DNA of 64,000 bases from Pseudomonadota bacterium. Its GTDB lineage: Bacteria > Myxococcota_A > UBA796 > SXON01. A program made the position numbers and the translations under genes. Shown one piece after another: positions 1 through 9,606 of the stretch; position 1 is the first letter of the stretch; every line of letters begins with the position of its first letter. Under the pieces are notes generated by a model, which made no database searches, was not told where the DNA came from, and was given only the letters and a program-made list of their open reading frames with translations. The stretch spans positions 5,272-69,271 of the forward strand of contig JAUXTN010000246.1 of the NCBI GenBank assembly GCA_030684355.1, given 5' to 3'.

Positions 1-453
1 CGACTTGACGGCCATGTCCCAGCTCCCCTCCATCTCGCAGATGTAGTCGAAGCGCGCGGGGTACAAGGAGTCGAGCGAGATCGAGAAGTTGCGGACGCCG
101 TAGTCGACCGTCTTCCGGAGGCGCTCCGTGCTCACGCCCACGCCGTTCGTGAGCACGCGCACGTTGAGCCCCACGTCGACGAAGCGCTTGGCGGCCTCCT
201 CGAGGTAGTCGCACGCGTAGGGCTCGCCGCCGCCGATGGAGAGCTGCACCACGCCGAGGCGGGCCATCTTCGCGGCCATCTCCTCGATCTGGGGGATCTC
301 CAGCTCTTCCTTGCGGTTCCCGTAGCGCCAGATGCCGCACATCTTGCACGTCAGGTTGCAGCGGTGGGTGATGCCGAAGTGCGCGTACACCGGCACGCGC
401 CGAGTGACGAAGGCTTCGGCGAGCCGGGCATATCCAGGGAGTTGGAGCTTCAT
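1..453 (-). CDS. Radical SAM protein (N-terminal part; runs off left edge)
   Basis: Manual translation from ATG at 453: MKLQLPGY...HFGITHRCNLTCKMCG...SIGGGEP; CxxxCxxC and GGEP motifs; ATGA overlap with upstream gene. Confidence 0.9.
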   Translation of the reverse strand, partial: MKLQLPGYARLAEAFVTRRVPVYAHFGITHRCNLTCKMCGIWRYGNRKEELEIPQIEEMAAKMARLGVVQLSIGGGEPYACDYLEEAAKRFVDVGLNVRVLTNGVGVSTERLRKTVDYGVRNFSISLDSLYPARFDYICEMEGSWDMAVKS

Positions 454-1508
454 GCTGCACCTCGGCGGGGAGCGCCGGTGCCCGGTGTCGTCGGGGAGCG
501 AAGGGACTTCGCCCACTCCAGCAACGTCGGGGCGTTGAGGTTGTAGAGGTAGTTGTACTCCGTGAGCGCCGTGGAGGTACAGGCGCGGCACGGGTTGTCG
601 CGGAGATGCTCGAAGGCCTTCAGGAATCCACCGTCGCGCACGTTGCGGCCCACGAAACCGCCCGCGAGCAGGGAGCACGGGGTGACGGTGCCGTCGGGCA
701 GCACGGCGCAGTAGAGCTGGCCGGCCATGCAGTGGAGGTCCTCTTGCGGGGCCTTCGACGTGGGTTTCGTGTAGTCCTTCCACGCGAGCAGGTAGCGCAG
801 GTACTTCTCGGTGGCGCCGACGCGGCGGCCGGCGATCCGGGCCTCCAGAAGCCCGCGGAGGGCCTTGCGCAGGGCGGCGTCCTCCGGGGCGAGGTCGGTG
901 GCGCGCCCATCGGAGAGGAACGGGCGCCGCTGGAGCACCTGGAAGTCCGCGACGAACCCGTAGGTGTCGGCGAGATCGAGCACGACGTCGACCTGGTCGA
1001 GGTTGTGGCGCGTGAGCGTGGTGATCGTGTGGAGGTCGATGCCGCGGCGCGCGGCCTCGCCGATCGCCGCCATCGCCTGGGTCCAGGCGCCCGGCTCCCG
1101 GTTGGCGTCGTGCGCGGCCTCGCCGCCGTCGAGCGAGATCATCAGCCGGCCGAGGCCCGCGAGCTCGTCGGCGAGCGCGGGGTAGCGGTAGCCGTTGGTC
1201 TCCAGCGTGGTCCAGATGCCGTGGGCGGTGCAGCGGTCGACGATGGCGCCGATGTCGTCGCGCACGAGGGGCTCGCCCCCGCCGATGCCGACACGGACGC
1301 AGCCGGCGGCGGCCATGTCGTCCACCAGCGCGATCATCTGCCTGGTGTCGAGCTCGGGCTGCCGGCGCAACGGGAGCGCGCAGTAGGTGCAGAGCGCATT
1401 GCAGCGCGTGGTCACCAACAGGGTGACGGAGAGCGGCATGCGGTGCCCGGTGAGGCGGTAGCGCGCCGCGCCCACCCCGCTCTTCAGCAGCGCGCCGCCC
1501 TTGTTCAC
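450..1508 (-). CDS. Radical SAM protein with C-terminal Cys-rich (SPASM/twitch-like) region
   Basis: C-terminal part of ORF 450..2804; RCNALCTYC, GGGEP, HCMAG...TPC...CRAC; GTG start at 1508 overlaps the DegT stop. Confidence 0.88.
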   Translation of the reverse strand: MNKGGALLKSGVGAARYRLTGHRMPLSVTLLVTTRCNALCTYCALPLRRQPELDTRQMIALVDDMAAAGCVRVGIGGGEPLVRDDIGAIVDRCTAHGIWTTLETNGYRYPALADELAGLGRLMISLDGGEAAHDANREPGAWTQAMAAIGEAARRGIDLHTITTLTRHNLDQVDVVLDLADTYGFVADFQVLQRRPFLSDGRATDLAPEDAALRKALRGLLEARIAGRRVGATEKYLRYLLAWKDYTKPTSKAPQEDLHCMAGQLYCAVLPDGTVTPCSLLAGGFVGRNVRDGGFLKAFEHLRDNPCRACTSTALTEYNYLYNLNAPTLLEWAKSLRSPTTPGTGAPRRGAA

Positions 1509-2758
1509 CGGCTGACCTCGAGGCAGGCCGAGCGCACGGCCTCGACCATGTGGGTGAGATCCCGCTGGTCGAGGTTGGGGTGCACCGGGAGGTGGATCTG
1601 CTCGCGCTTGACCGCCGCGGCGTTCGGGCAGAGGCGCCGGAACGAAGGGAACAGCTTGTGATCCGAGCAGTCGTTCATGTAGCCGGTCGTCGTGTCCACG
1701 CCGCGCTTCAGGAGCGCCCGCATGAGCTGGCTGCGCTTCTGGTGGTGGATCACGAAGCTCATGTAGATGGGCTCGGCACCCTGGGGGTACGTCGGCACCG
1801 TGATCCCGGGCACGTTGGCGAGGTGCTCGTCGAGGTAGCGGCCGTTGCGGATGCGCGCGCCGTTGAGCGCCTCGATGCGCTCGAGCTGCTTCATGCCGAC
1901 CGCCGCCTGCACCGCGCGCGGGCGGTTGGTGCGGAAGCTCTTCGGCACCTCGTCGTAGAGGACCTCGGGCTCGCCGAAGCGGTCGTGGATGGGGTCCTTC
2001 CCGAACAGGTTCCCGAGGCGGATCGCCTGGTGGAGCGTGAAGGGGTAGACGAGCGGGTGGGTCGCCACCATCATCGCCACGCCGGTCACGGCCTCCTTCC
2101 TCGCCTTCTTGAAGTCGGCGGGGGTGGACGTGTCGATCTCGTTGCGGACGTAGGCCGCCACGGCGTCGTCGTTCGTGGTGATCATCGCGCCCGAGAGGGT
2201 CGTGATGTTCTTGGTGAGGCCGAAGGTGTAGTAGGCGGCGTCCCCGAGGTTGCCGACGCGGACGCCCTTGTAGCGGGCGCCGGTGGACTGGGCGCAGTCC
2301 TCGATGACCTTGATCCCGTGCTTCCTCGCGATGGCGTTGATGGCGTCCATGTCGCAGGGGGTGCCGTAGAGGTGCGTGGGCACCACGGCCTTGGTCTTCG
2401 GCGTGATCGCCTTCTCGAACTGCGCGGGGTCGAGCACGTGCGAGGTGAGCCCGATGTCCGCGAAGACGGGGCGCACGCCGGCGGTCACCGCCATCGACGG
2501 GATCGCGAAGTAGGTCAGGCCGGGGATGACGACCTCGTCCCCCGGGCCGATGCCCATGGCGCGGAGCAGGAGGTAGAACGCGTACCGCGCGCTCGGCGTC
2601 ATGATCGCGTGCTTCGCGCCGATATAGGACGCGAACTCGCGTTCGAAGCCGCGAACCGCCGGCTCGTCTTCCGGGGGCACGGCGAGGAAGCGGGCCGCGA
2701 TCACGGCCTCCGCGGGCGAGAAGCTGGGGCTGAAGCGGGGGATCCGACCGAAGTACAT
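1505..2758 (-). CDS. DegT/DnrJ/EryC1/StrS family PLP-dependent aminotransferase
   Basis: GIGPGDEVVIP, TKAVVPTHLYG, VIEDCAQS, PLP lysine in FGLTKN, LPVHP. Confidence 0.92.
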   Translation of the reverse strand: MYFGRIPRFSPSFSPAEAVIAARFLAVPPEDEPAVRGFEREFASYIGAKHAIMTPSARYAFYLLLRAMGIGPGDEVVIPGLTYFAIPSMAVTAGVRPVFADIGLTSHVLDPAQFEKAITPKTKAVVPTHLYGTPCDMDAINAIARKHGIKVIEDCAQSTGARYKGVRVGNLGDAAYYTFGLTKNITTLSGAMITTNDDAVAAYVRNEIDTSTPADFKKARKEAVTGVAMMVATHPLVYPFTLHQAIRLGNLFGKDPIHDRFGEPEVLYDEVPKSFRTNRPRAVQAAVGMKQLERIEALNGARIRNGRYLDEHLANVPGITVPTYPQGAEPIYMSFVIHHQKRSQLMRALLKRGVDTTTGYMNDCSDHKLFPSFRRLCPNAAAVKREQIHLPVHPNLDQRDLTHMVEAVRSACLEVSR

Positions 2759-2870
2759 GGATGTCCGGGGGACGAGTGGCCGCGCCCTGTACCGGGTGGA
2801 CCATCGTTCATCAAGCTACAGTACGCTGCCGCCCGTGTCGCGTAAGCGGGCGCACACCCAGGAGAGAGCG

Positions 2871-4916
2871 ATGCGGGCGCCCACCCACGGGGCTTTGTGG
2901 CTGTTGCCCCTCGTGGTCGCCTGCACGGGCCCCGACGCGGACAAGGGCCCGCACGCGCCCTCCGTCATCGTCCTCGTGCTCGACGGGGTGCGCACCGACG
3001 AGCTCACCGCCACGGGCACCTCGGACGTGACCGGCACGAGCGGCGAGGCGTTCGCGACGCACACCTGGGACACCCTCGCGCCCGCCGGCACCGTCGTCCG
3101 CGCCATCCGCAACACCGGGATCACGATCACCGCCCCGGCCCACGCCGCGCTGGTCACCGGGCACGTCGAGACCTTCGCCAACTTCCCCGTCGACGCGACG
3201 ATCGGCCCCGGCCTCTACCGCCCCACGCTCCCGACGATCTTCGAGGCCGCGCGCGACCAGCTCGGGCTCGAAGAGGCGCAGGTGCTGCTGCTCGCGAACA
3301 CCGAGCTCCTCGAGCCCATCGACCGGAGCCTGTACCCGGGCGCCGGCGCCGGCGCGGAGACCTACGAGGTGTTCGACCCCGAGACCGGCCACCCCGTCGG
3401 CGAGGACGCCCCGGTCATCGAGGCCCTGCTCGAGCGCATCGACACGACGGCGCCGCGGCTGGCGGTGGTCAACCTCCACGACGTCGACCGCGCGGGCCAC
3501 TACGGCGGCGGGGACGCCTACCAGGACGGCGTCGCCGCGGTGGACGAGCAGATCGCGCTCTTCTGGGACGAGGTGCAGGCGGCGCGGCCGGCCTACGCCG
3601 ACAGCCTGCTGCTCATCGTCACCGCGGACCACGGGCGCCACCGCCACGACGACGACGACGGCTGGCACAACCACGGGGACTCGTGCACGGGCTGCCGCGA
3701 GGTGCCCCTGATCGTCATCGGCGGCGGGGCGGTGGCCGGGGAGATCCTCGAGGGGACCGTCACCGCGCTCGACCTCGTCCCGGGCATCGCCGCGCACCTC
3801 GGCATCACGATGCCGTGGGCGGAGGGGCTGCCGAACCTGGCGCTGTTTCCGGAGCTCGAGGGGGACACCCGCGAGGGCGACGTCGCGATCGCGGCGGACG
3901 GCGGGTTGACCGCGGTCCAGCGGTGGCTCGACGACGCCGAGCAGCGCAGCGAAGTGCGCGTGGACGACGCCATCGTCTCGACCGCAGGCGTGTTTGCCGC
4001 GGAGGCGCCGACGGTGCTCGACGCCGACGGCGGCGGGCGCGTGTGCTTCCGGGAGCAGGCGCTCGAGGCGGTCGACGAGACCTGGCCGTGGGTGGCGCGG
4101 TGCCTCGCCCGCCCGTCGTCCGGCGGCGACTGGCAGGACATCGGCTTCCCCGACCCGGAGGTGGCGCCCTTCTTCCGGGCGGCGCTGACCGAGCGCGACG
4201 GCGTGACCTGGGCGGCGTGGCCCTACAATCCGCGCGCCGCCGGCGAGCCCGGGGTCGGCGGGCGCATCGGCTTGTCCGTGGCGAGCTGGACCCCTTCTGG
4301 CGACGGCACCGAGGGCGGCTGGAGCGAGGCCGTGACCTCGCCCGGCATCTTCCCGACGGACGCCACGATCGTCCCGACGGACCTCGGTCTGATCGTCGCG
4401 TTCGGGGCCAGCTTCGGGGACCCCGACAGCCGCTACACGCGCCACGTCCGCATCGTGCCGGTCTCCCTCGCGACGGGGGCGGCGGTGCTGGAGACGGAGG
4501 TGAACCTCACGCTCGAGGCGCTGCTCGGCGAGGGCGCCCGCGTCGAGCTCCCCGCGCTCGCGGCCGACGGGGAGCGCGCACGCGTCGCGATGGTGGGCAT
4601 CACCGACGCGGGGGCCACGATCGCGGCGGCGACGAGCGCGGACGCGGGCCGGACCTGGAGCGAGGCGGTCGCCCTGCCCGACGGCGGCCCCGCCCTCCCC
4701 TACCTGGCCCCGGCGTGGGACGGCCCCGAGGTGGTGTGGGGCACGCTGGTCGACGGCGCCGCGCACCTCTGCCGCGCCACCCCCGGCGACACCGACGCCG
4801 TCTGCGTCGACGTGGGCTCGCCGCGCCTCCAGAGCTTCGTCGTGGCGGACGGGGTCGCCACGGTCGTGCGGGACGCCGGGACCGGCGCGTGGGAAGCCGC
4901 GACGGTGACGTGGTGA
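2871..4916 (+). CDS. Alkaline phosphatase/sulfatase-superfamily lipoprotein with C-terminal Asp-box (BNR) propeller
   Basis: GGAGAG RBS before ATG 2871; lipobox-like LVVAC; VLDGVR, HDVDRAGH, TADHG; SADAGRTWS Asp-box. Confidence 0.8.
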   Translation: MRAPTHGALWLLPLVVACTGPDADKGPHAPSVIVLVLDGVRTDELTATGTSDVTGTSGEAFATHTWDTLAPAGTVVRAIRNTGITITAPAHAALVTGHVETFANFPVDATIGPGLYRPTLPTIFEAARDQLGLEEAQVLLLANTELLEPIDRSLYPGAGAGAETYEVFDPETGHPVGEDAPVIEALLERIDTTAPRLAVVNLHDVDRAGHYGGGDAYQDGVAAVDEQIALFWDEVQAARPAYADSLLLIVTADHGRHRHDDDDGWHNHGDSCTGCREVPLIVIGGGAVAGEILEGTVTALDLVPGIAAHLGITMPWAEGLPNLALFPELEGDTREGDVAIAADGGLTAVQRWLDDAEQRSEVRVDDAIVSTAGVFAAEAPTVLDADGGGRVCFREQALEAVDETWPWVARCLARPSSGGDWQDIGFPDPEVAPFFRAALTERDGVTWAAWPYNPRAAGEPGVGGRIGLSVASWTPSGDGTEGGWSEAVTSPGIFPTDATIVPTDLGLIVAFGASFGDPDSRYTRHVRIVPVSLATGAAVLETEVNLTLEALLGEGARVELPALAADGERARVAMVGITDAGATIAAATSADAGRTWSEAVALPDGGPALPYLAPAWDGPEVVWGTLVDGAAHLCRATPGDTDAVCVDVGSPRLQSFVVADGVATVVRDAGTGAWEAATVTW

Positions 4917-7024
4917 GCGGGCTCGCGGGGGGGCGGACCGGGGCGCGCGGCGCCCCTCTCGAGGCCTGGGCGCCCGGCGCGGGGCGCGCGGTGCGCGGCG
5001 TGGCGATCGGCGTCTTCTTCGCCGCGCTCCCGCTGGTCGGCGGCTGCAAGGGCTGCACCTCGGAGCGCGCGCCGCACCCGCCCTCCGTGATGGTGCTCGT
5101 GCTCGACGGCGTACGCACCGACGAGTTCACGCGCGTGGAGACGTCCGACCTCACCGGCATGAGCGGCGAGGCCTACGCCGCGGAGACCTGGGCAACCCTC
5201 GGCGTGCGCGGCACCGTCGTGCGGGCCGCCCTCAACCAGGGGGCCACCACCACGGCCCCGGCCCACGCCGCGCTCGTGAGCGGCCGCCCCGAGACCTTCG
5301 CGAACTTCCCCGTCGACGACGCCCGCGGCCCCGGGCTCTACCGTCCCGAGCTCCCGACGATCTTCGAGGCCGCCCGCGCCTCCCTCGGCCTCGGCGAAGC
5401 CGACGTGGTGCTCCTCGGGAACACCGAGCTCCTCTCGCCGGTCACGAGCAGCCTCGCCCCCGGGTTCGGGGAGGGCGCCCGCTACGACCTCGTCATCGAC
5501 CCCGAGGCCGGCGAGCCCGCCAACGACGACGCCCCGGTGATCGACGCCATCGACGCGCTCCTCGACACCCACCCGCCGCGGCTCCTCGTCGTCAACCTCC
5601 ACGACGCCGACCGCGCCGGGCACAACGGCGACGGCGACGCCTACGCGAACGGCGTGCTCGCGCTCGACGGGCTCCTCGCGGACTTCTGGACGCGCCTCCA
5701 GGAGGAGCACCCCGCCTACGCCGAGAGCCTGCTCCTCATCGTGACCGCGGACCACGGGCGGCACCGCCACGACGAGGACGAGGGCTGGCACAGCCACGGC
5801 GACGCCTGCACCGGCTGCCGCGAGGTCCCGTTGATGCTGGTCGGCGGCACCCGGGCGGGCCTCGAGCTCGACGCCCCGGTGTCCCTGCTCGACATCGCGC
5901 CGACCGTCGCCGCGCACCTCGGCGTGCCGTTGCCGTGGGGCGAGGGCCTGCCGATCACGGAGGCGTTCGTCGACCTGGTCGCGACGGCGCGCGCGGGGGA
6001 CATCGACCTCGTCTCCAGCGGCACGCACGCGGCGGGCCAGCGGTGGCTCGACGAGCGGACGGCGCGGAGCGAGGTGTGGCTCGACGGCGACGTCGTCTCC
6101 ACGCCCGGCACCTACGCGGCGGAGGCCCCTACGCTCGTGGACGGCCCCGATGGCGCCCGGGTCTGCTTCCGCGAGCTCGATCTGCTGGCGGACGCGGGGT
6201 TTTTGCCGTGGCGGGCGCGGTGCCTCGCGGAGCCCGCCGACGGCGAGGAGGGTGCCTGGGTGGAGATGGGGTTCCTCGACGAGGAGGTGGGCCCGTTCTT
6301 CCGCGCCGCGCTGGTGGAGCGCGAGGGGCGGACGTGGGCCGCGTGGCCGACGAACCCGCACTCCAGCACGGACGTGGGCGAGGAGAGCGGCGTCGGGCTC
6401 ACGCTCGCGGCCTGGGAGCCCGAAACCGGCTGGACCGACCGGTCCTGGGCGCGCGCGATCTTCCCGACGGACGTGGCGCTCGTCGCGACGACGCGGGGGC
6501 TCGTGGCGGCGGTCGGCACGAGCCTCGGAGACCCCGACTACCGCTACACCCGTCGGGTCCGCGTCGTGCCGGTGCTGCTCGGGGACGCCGTGCACGTCGA
6601 AGAAGCCGTGGACCTCACGCTCGACTCCCTGCTCGGCGCCGAGACCCGGGTCGAGCACGCCGCCCTGGCCGCCGAGGGGGACCTCGTGCGCGTCGCCATG
6701 GTGGGCCACTCGGCCGCCACCGTCGTGGTGGCCGCGAGCACCAGCGCGGACGGCGGCCGGACCTGGACGGACGCCGTGGCGCTCCCCGTCGGCGGCGCTC
6801 CCCTCCCCCACCTCGCGCCGGCGTGGGACGGCACATTCGTGGTGTGGGGCGTCGCCGGCACCGACGGGGCCGCGTTGTGTCGCGCCACCCTCGACGACAC
6901 CGACCCGGCCTGCGTCGACATCGGCAGCGACCGCCTGCAATCCTTCTCCGTGCGGGACGGGGTGGCGACGGTCGTGCGGGACGACGGGGTGGGCTCCTGG
7001 GGCACGGCCGTCGTCACGTGGTGA
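4913..7024 (+). CDS. Tandem paralog of 2871..4916 (AlkP superfamily + Asp-box)
   Basis: C-terminal part of ORF 2897..7024; VLDGVRTDE, HDADRAGH, TADHGRH, SADGGRTW; GTGA overlap at 4913 (start could be 4991). Confidence 0.8.
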   Translation: MSGLAGGRTGARGAPLEAWAPGAGRAVRGVAIGVFFAALPLVGGCKGCTSERAPHPPSVMVLVLDGVRTDEFTRVETSDLTGMSGEAYAAETWATLGVRGTVVRAALNQGATTTAPAHAALVSGRPETFANFPVDDARGPGLYRPELPTIFEAARASLGLGEADVVLLGNTELLSPVTSSLAPGFGEGARYDLVIDPEAGEPANDDAPVIDAIDALLDTHPPRLLVVNLHDADRAGHNGDGDAYANGVLALDGLLADFWTRLQEEHPAYAESLLLIVTADHGRHRHDEDEGWHSHGDACTGCREVPLMLVGGTRAGLELDAPVSLLDIAPTVAAHLGVPLPWGEGLPITEAFVDLVATARAGDIDLVSSGTHAAGQRWLDERTARSEVWLDGDVVSTPGTYAAEAPTLVDGPDGARVCFRELDLLADAGFLPWRARCLAEPADGEEGAWVEMGFLDEEVGPFFRAALVEREGRTWAAWPTNPHSSTDVGEESGVGLTLAAWEPETGWTDRSWARAIFPTDVALVATTRGLVAAVGTSLGDPDYRYTRRVRVVPVLLGDAVHVEEAVDLTLDSLLGAETRVEHAALAAEGDLVRVAMVGHSAATVVVAASTSADGGRTWTDAVALPVGGAPLPHLAPAWDGTFVVWGVAGTDGAALCRATLDDTDPACVDIGSDRLQSFSVRDGVATVVRDDGVGSWGTAVVTW

Positions 7025-7080
7025 GGCGGCGGTGAGGCCGCCTACGTGAAAGCGACGGGGCGGGAGGCTAAGATCCGCGC

Positions 7081-7638
7081 ATGGCCGTCCTCGACATCCT
7101 CACCGTGCCGAACCCCGTCCTGACGCGCAAGTGCCGGCTCGTCGGGCCCGACGAGTTCCACGATGGGCTCCGCACCTTCATCTCCGACCTCGCCGAGACC
7201 ATGTACGCCGCCCCCGGCGTCGGCCTCGCCGCGCCCCAGGTGGGGGACCTCCGCCGCATCATCGTCGCCGACCCCGGCAACGCCAAGCGCGAGGAGGACG
7301 CCAACGGGCGCCCGCGCCGGCCGCGCTTCGTCGCGATGATCAACCCGGTGATCGTCGAGGCGAGCCGCGACAAGATCACGTGGGAGGAGGGCTGCCTCTC
7401 CGTCCCCGAGTTCAACGAGGACGTCGCGCGGCCGCGCCGCGTGCTCATCAAGTGGTTCGACGAGCACGGCCGCAACCAGCAGCAGTGGTTCGAGGACTAC
7501 GACGCCGTCGTGATCCAGCACGAGATGGACCACCTCGAGGGCACCGTCATCCTCGACAAGGTGTCGCGCCTGAAGAAGAGCCGCTACCTGTCGCGCCGCA
7601 CGAAGGTGCGCGGTCGGGACGAGCTCCTCGTCGAGTAG
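7081..7638 (+). CDS. def: Peptide deformylase
   Basis: GVGLAAPQVG, EGCLSVP, QHEMDHLEG. Confidence 0.97.
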   Translation: MAVLDILTVPNPVLTRKCRLVGPDEFHDGLRTFISDLAETMYAAPGVGLAAPQVGDLRRIIVADPGNAKREEDANGRPRRPRFVAMINPVIVEASRDKITWEEGCLSVPEFNEDVARPRRVLIKWFDEHGRNQQQWFEDYDAVVIQHEMDHLEGTVILDKVSRLKKSRYLSRRTKVRGRDELLVE

Positions 7639-7668
7639 GGCGTCGGTCCGGAATAGAGGGCGGCCACC

Positions 7669-8577
7669 ATGAAGCTCGCGTTCTTCGGCACCCCCGCCTT
7701 CGCCGTCCCGACCCTCCGCGCCCTCCTCGACAGCGAGCACGAGGTCGCCCTCGTCGTGGCGCAGCCCGACAAGCCCGCGGGCCGGGGCAACGCCCTCCAG
7801 ACGCCGCCGACCATCGAGCTGGCGCGCGCCCGCGGCGTCCCGACCCTCCAGCCCGCCAAGGTCAAGACGGGCGAGCTCCCCGAGACGCTCGAGGCCCTCG
7901 GCCTCGACATCGCGGTGGTCGTCGCGTACGGCCGCATCCTGACGCCGCGCCTCCTCGCCGCGCCGCGGCTCGGGTGCATCAACGTGCACGCGTCGCTGCT
8001 CCCGCGGTGGCGCGGGGCCGCGCCGATCCAGTGGTCGGTCCTCGCGGGGGACGCCACCACCGGCGTCGCCACGATGCAGATGGCGGAGGGGCTCGACACC
8101 GGCGACATCCTGCTGATGGAGGAGACCCCCATCGGCCCCGAGGAGACCGCCGCGGACCTCTTCGTCCGCCTCTCCGAGCTCGGCGCCCCGCTGCTCCTGC
8201 GCACGCTCGCCGAGCGCCCCACGCCGATCCCCCAGGACGAGCGCCACGTCACCCTCGCCCCCATGCTGACGAAGGAGCACGCCCGGATCGACTGGACCCG
8301 ACCGGCCCGCGAGCTCGACTGGCAGGTGCGCGGGCTCTCGCCGTGGCCGGGCACCGTCACGACGTTCCGCGGCGAGCCCCTCAAGGTGCTGCGCGCGCGC
8401 CCGGTCGCGCTCTCGGGGCCGCTCGGGGAGCCGGGCACCTTCCTCGACGGGCCGGTCGTCGCGTGCGGCGAAGGCGCCCTCGAGCTCCTCGAGGTGCAGC
8501 TCCCCGGGAAGAAGGGCGTGCGGGGGGTCGACTTCGTCAACGGGAGCCGCGTGAAGCCGGGCGAGCGTCTCGGGTAG
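7669..8577 (+). CDS. fmt: Methionyl-tRNA formyltransferase
   Basis: FFGTPAFA, QPDKPAGRG, NVHASLLPRWRGAAPI; follows def. Confidence 0.97.
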   Translation: MKLAFFGTPAFAVPTLRALLDSEHEVALVVAQPDKPAGRGNALQTPPTIELARARGVPTLQPAKVKTGELPETLEALGLDIAVVVAYGRILTPRLLAAPRLGCINVHASLLPRWRGAAPIQWSVLAGDATTGVATMQMAEGLDTGDILLMEETPIGPEETAADLFVRLSELGAPLLLRTLAERPTPIPQDERHVTLAPMLTKEHARIDWTRPARELDWQVRGLSPWPGTVTTFRGEPLKVLRARPVALSGPLGEPGTFLDGPVVACGEGALELLEVQLPGKKGVRGVDFVNGSRVKPGERLG

Positions 8578-8746
8578 CCAGGCCGGCAATCGCACGGCCT
8601 GTCTGTCGTTATTTGGTCGGCGAAGCTCGACGGCGCCTGGAAGGCCGCGCGACGCGCCCCGGACACCCTCCCGATGCCGCCGGGTTGAACCGGACGCGGC
8701 ACGGCACGCCGTCTCAGGCTAAGGCCCCGCGCCCGCAGGAGCGCCC

Positions 8747-9400
8747 ATGACAATCCGCCCCCTCGTCGCCCCCAGCATCCTCTCCGCCGACTTCGGGCGC
8801 CTCGCCGCCGACATCGAGTCCGTCGAGAGCGCCGACTGGATCCACGTCGACGTGATGGACGGGCGGTTCGTCCCGAACATCACCATCGGGCCGCTCGTGG
8901 TGGAGGCCGTGCGCCGTGCGACGAAGCTGCCGCTCGACGTGCACCTGATGATCGTGGAGCCCGACCGCTACCTCGAGGACTTCCGCAAGGCCGGCGCCGA
9001 CTGGATCAGCGTGCACGCGGAGGCCTGTCCGCACCTCGACCGCAGCGTCCAGGCGATCAAGCAGACCGGCGCGAAGGCGGGCGTGGTCCTCAACCCGCAC
9101 ACCTCGGCGGAGGCCCTCGACTACGTGCTCGACGAGCTCGACCTCGTGCTGCTCATGACGGTGAACCCGGGCTTCGGCGGCCAGTCGCTGATCGAGCGCG
9201 TCTTCCCCAAGATCGAGCGCGTGCGCGAGATGATCGAGAAGCGCGGGCTCAAGACCCTCGTGGAGGTCGACGGCGGCGTGAAGCCGTCGAACGCCCGCCG
9301 CTTCGTGGACGCCGGCGCGCATGTGCTCGTCGCCGGCTCCGCGGTGTTCGGCGCGCCCGACCGCGCCGCCGCCATCCGCGCGATCCGCGGCGAAGCGTAG
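8747..9400 (+). CDS. rpe: Ribulose-phosphate 3-epimerase
   Basis: [40 protein letters not shown]. Confidence 0.97.
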   Translation: MTIRPLVAPSILSADFGRLAADIESVESADWIHVDVMDGRFVPNITIGPLVVEAVRRATKLPLDVHLMIVEPDRYLEDFRKAGADWISVHAEACPHLDRSVQAIKQTGAKAGVVLNPHTSAEALDYVLDELDLVLLMTVNPGFGGQSLIERVFPKIERVREMIEKRGLKTLVEVDGGVKPSNARRFVDAGAHVLVAGSAVFGAPDRAAAIRAIRGEA

Positions 9401-9478
9401 CGATCACGTGCCTTCGGGGCGTTGCGGGGGCGGAGCCCCCGCCCCAGGGGAACCCGGAACAGCTCGCTACGTGATCGC
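9400..9478. repeat. REP-like palindromic element
   Basis: GGGGCGTTGCGGGGGCGGAGCCCCCGCCCCA core, flanked by a 10-bp inverted repeat GCGATCACGT/ACGTGATCGC; related copy at 56490-56534. Confidence 0.6.
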
Positions 9479-9606
9479 CCGGCCCGCAACGGGCATCCCG
9501 CGGAACTGCCCGTGACCGTGCACGGCCGCGCCGGGATTTCCGTCCCGGGCAGAGGCGGCGGCCCGCGAATGGTCGCATAGTACGGGTCCCCCTGACCGGC
9601 GCCCCC

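Noticed and set aside
450-2804. 784-aa ORF as a single protein
   Set aside because: The N-terminal half is an Arg/Pro-rich off-frame shadow of the DegT gene; only 450..1508 has radical SAM motifs
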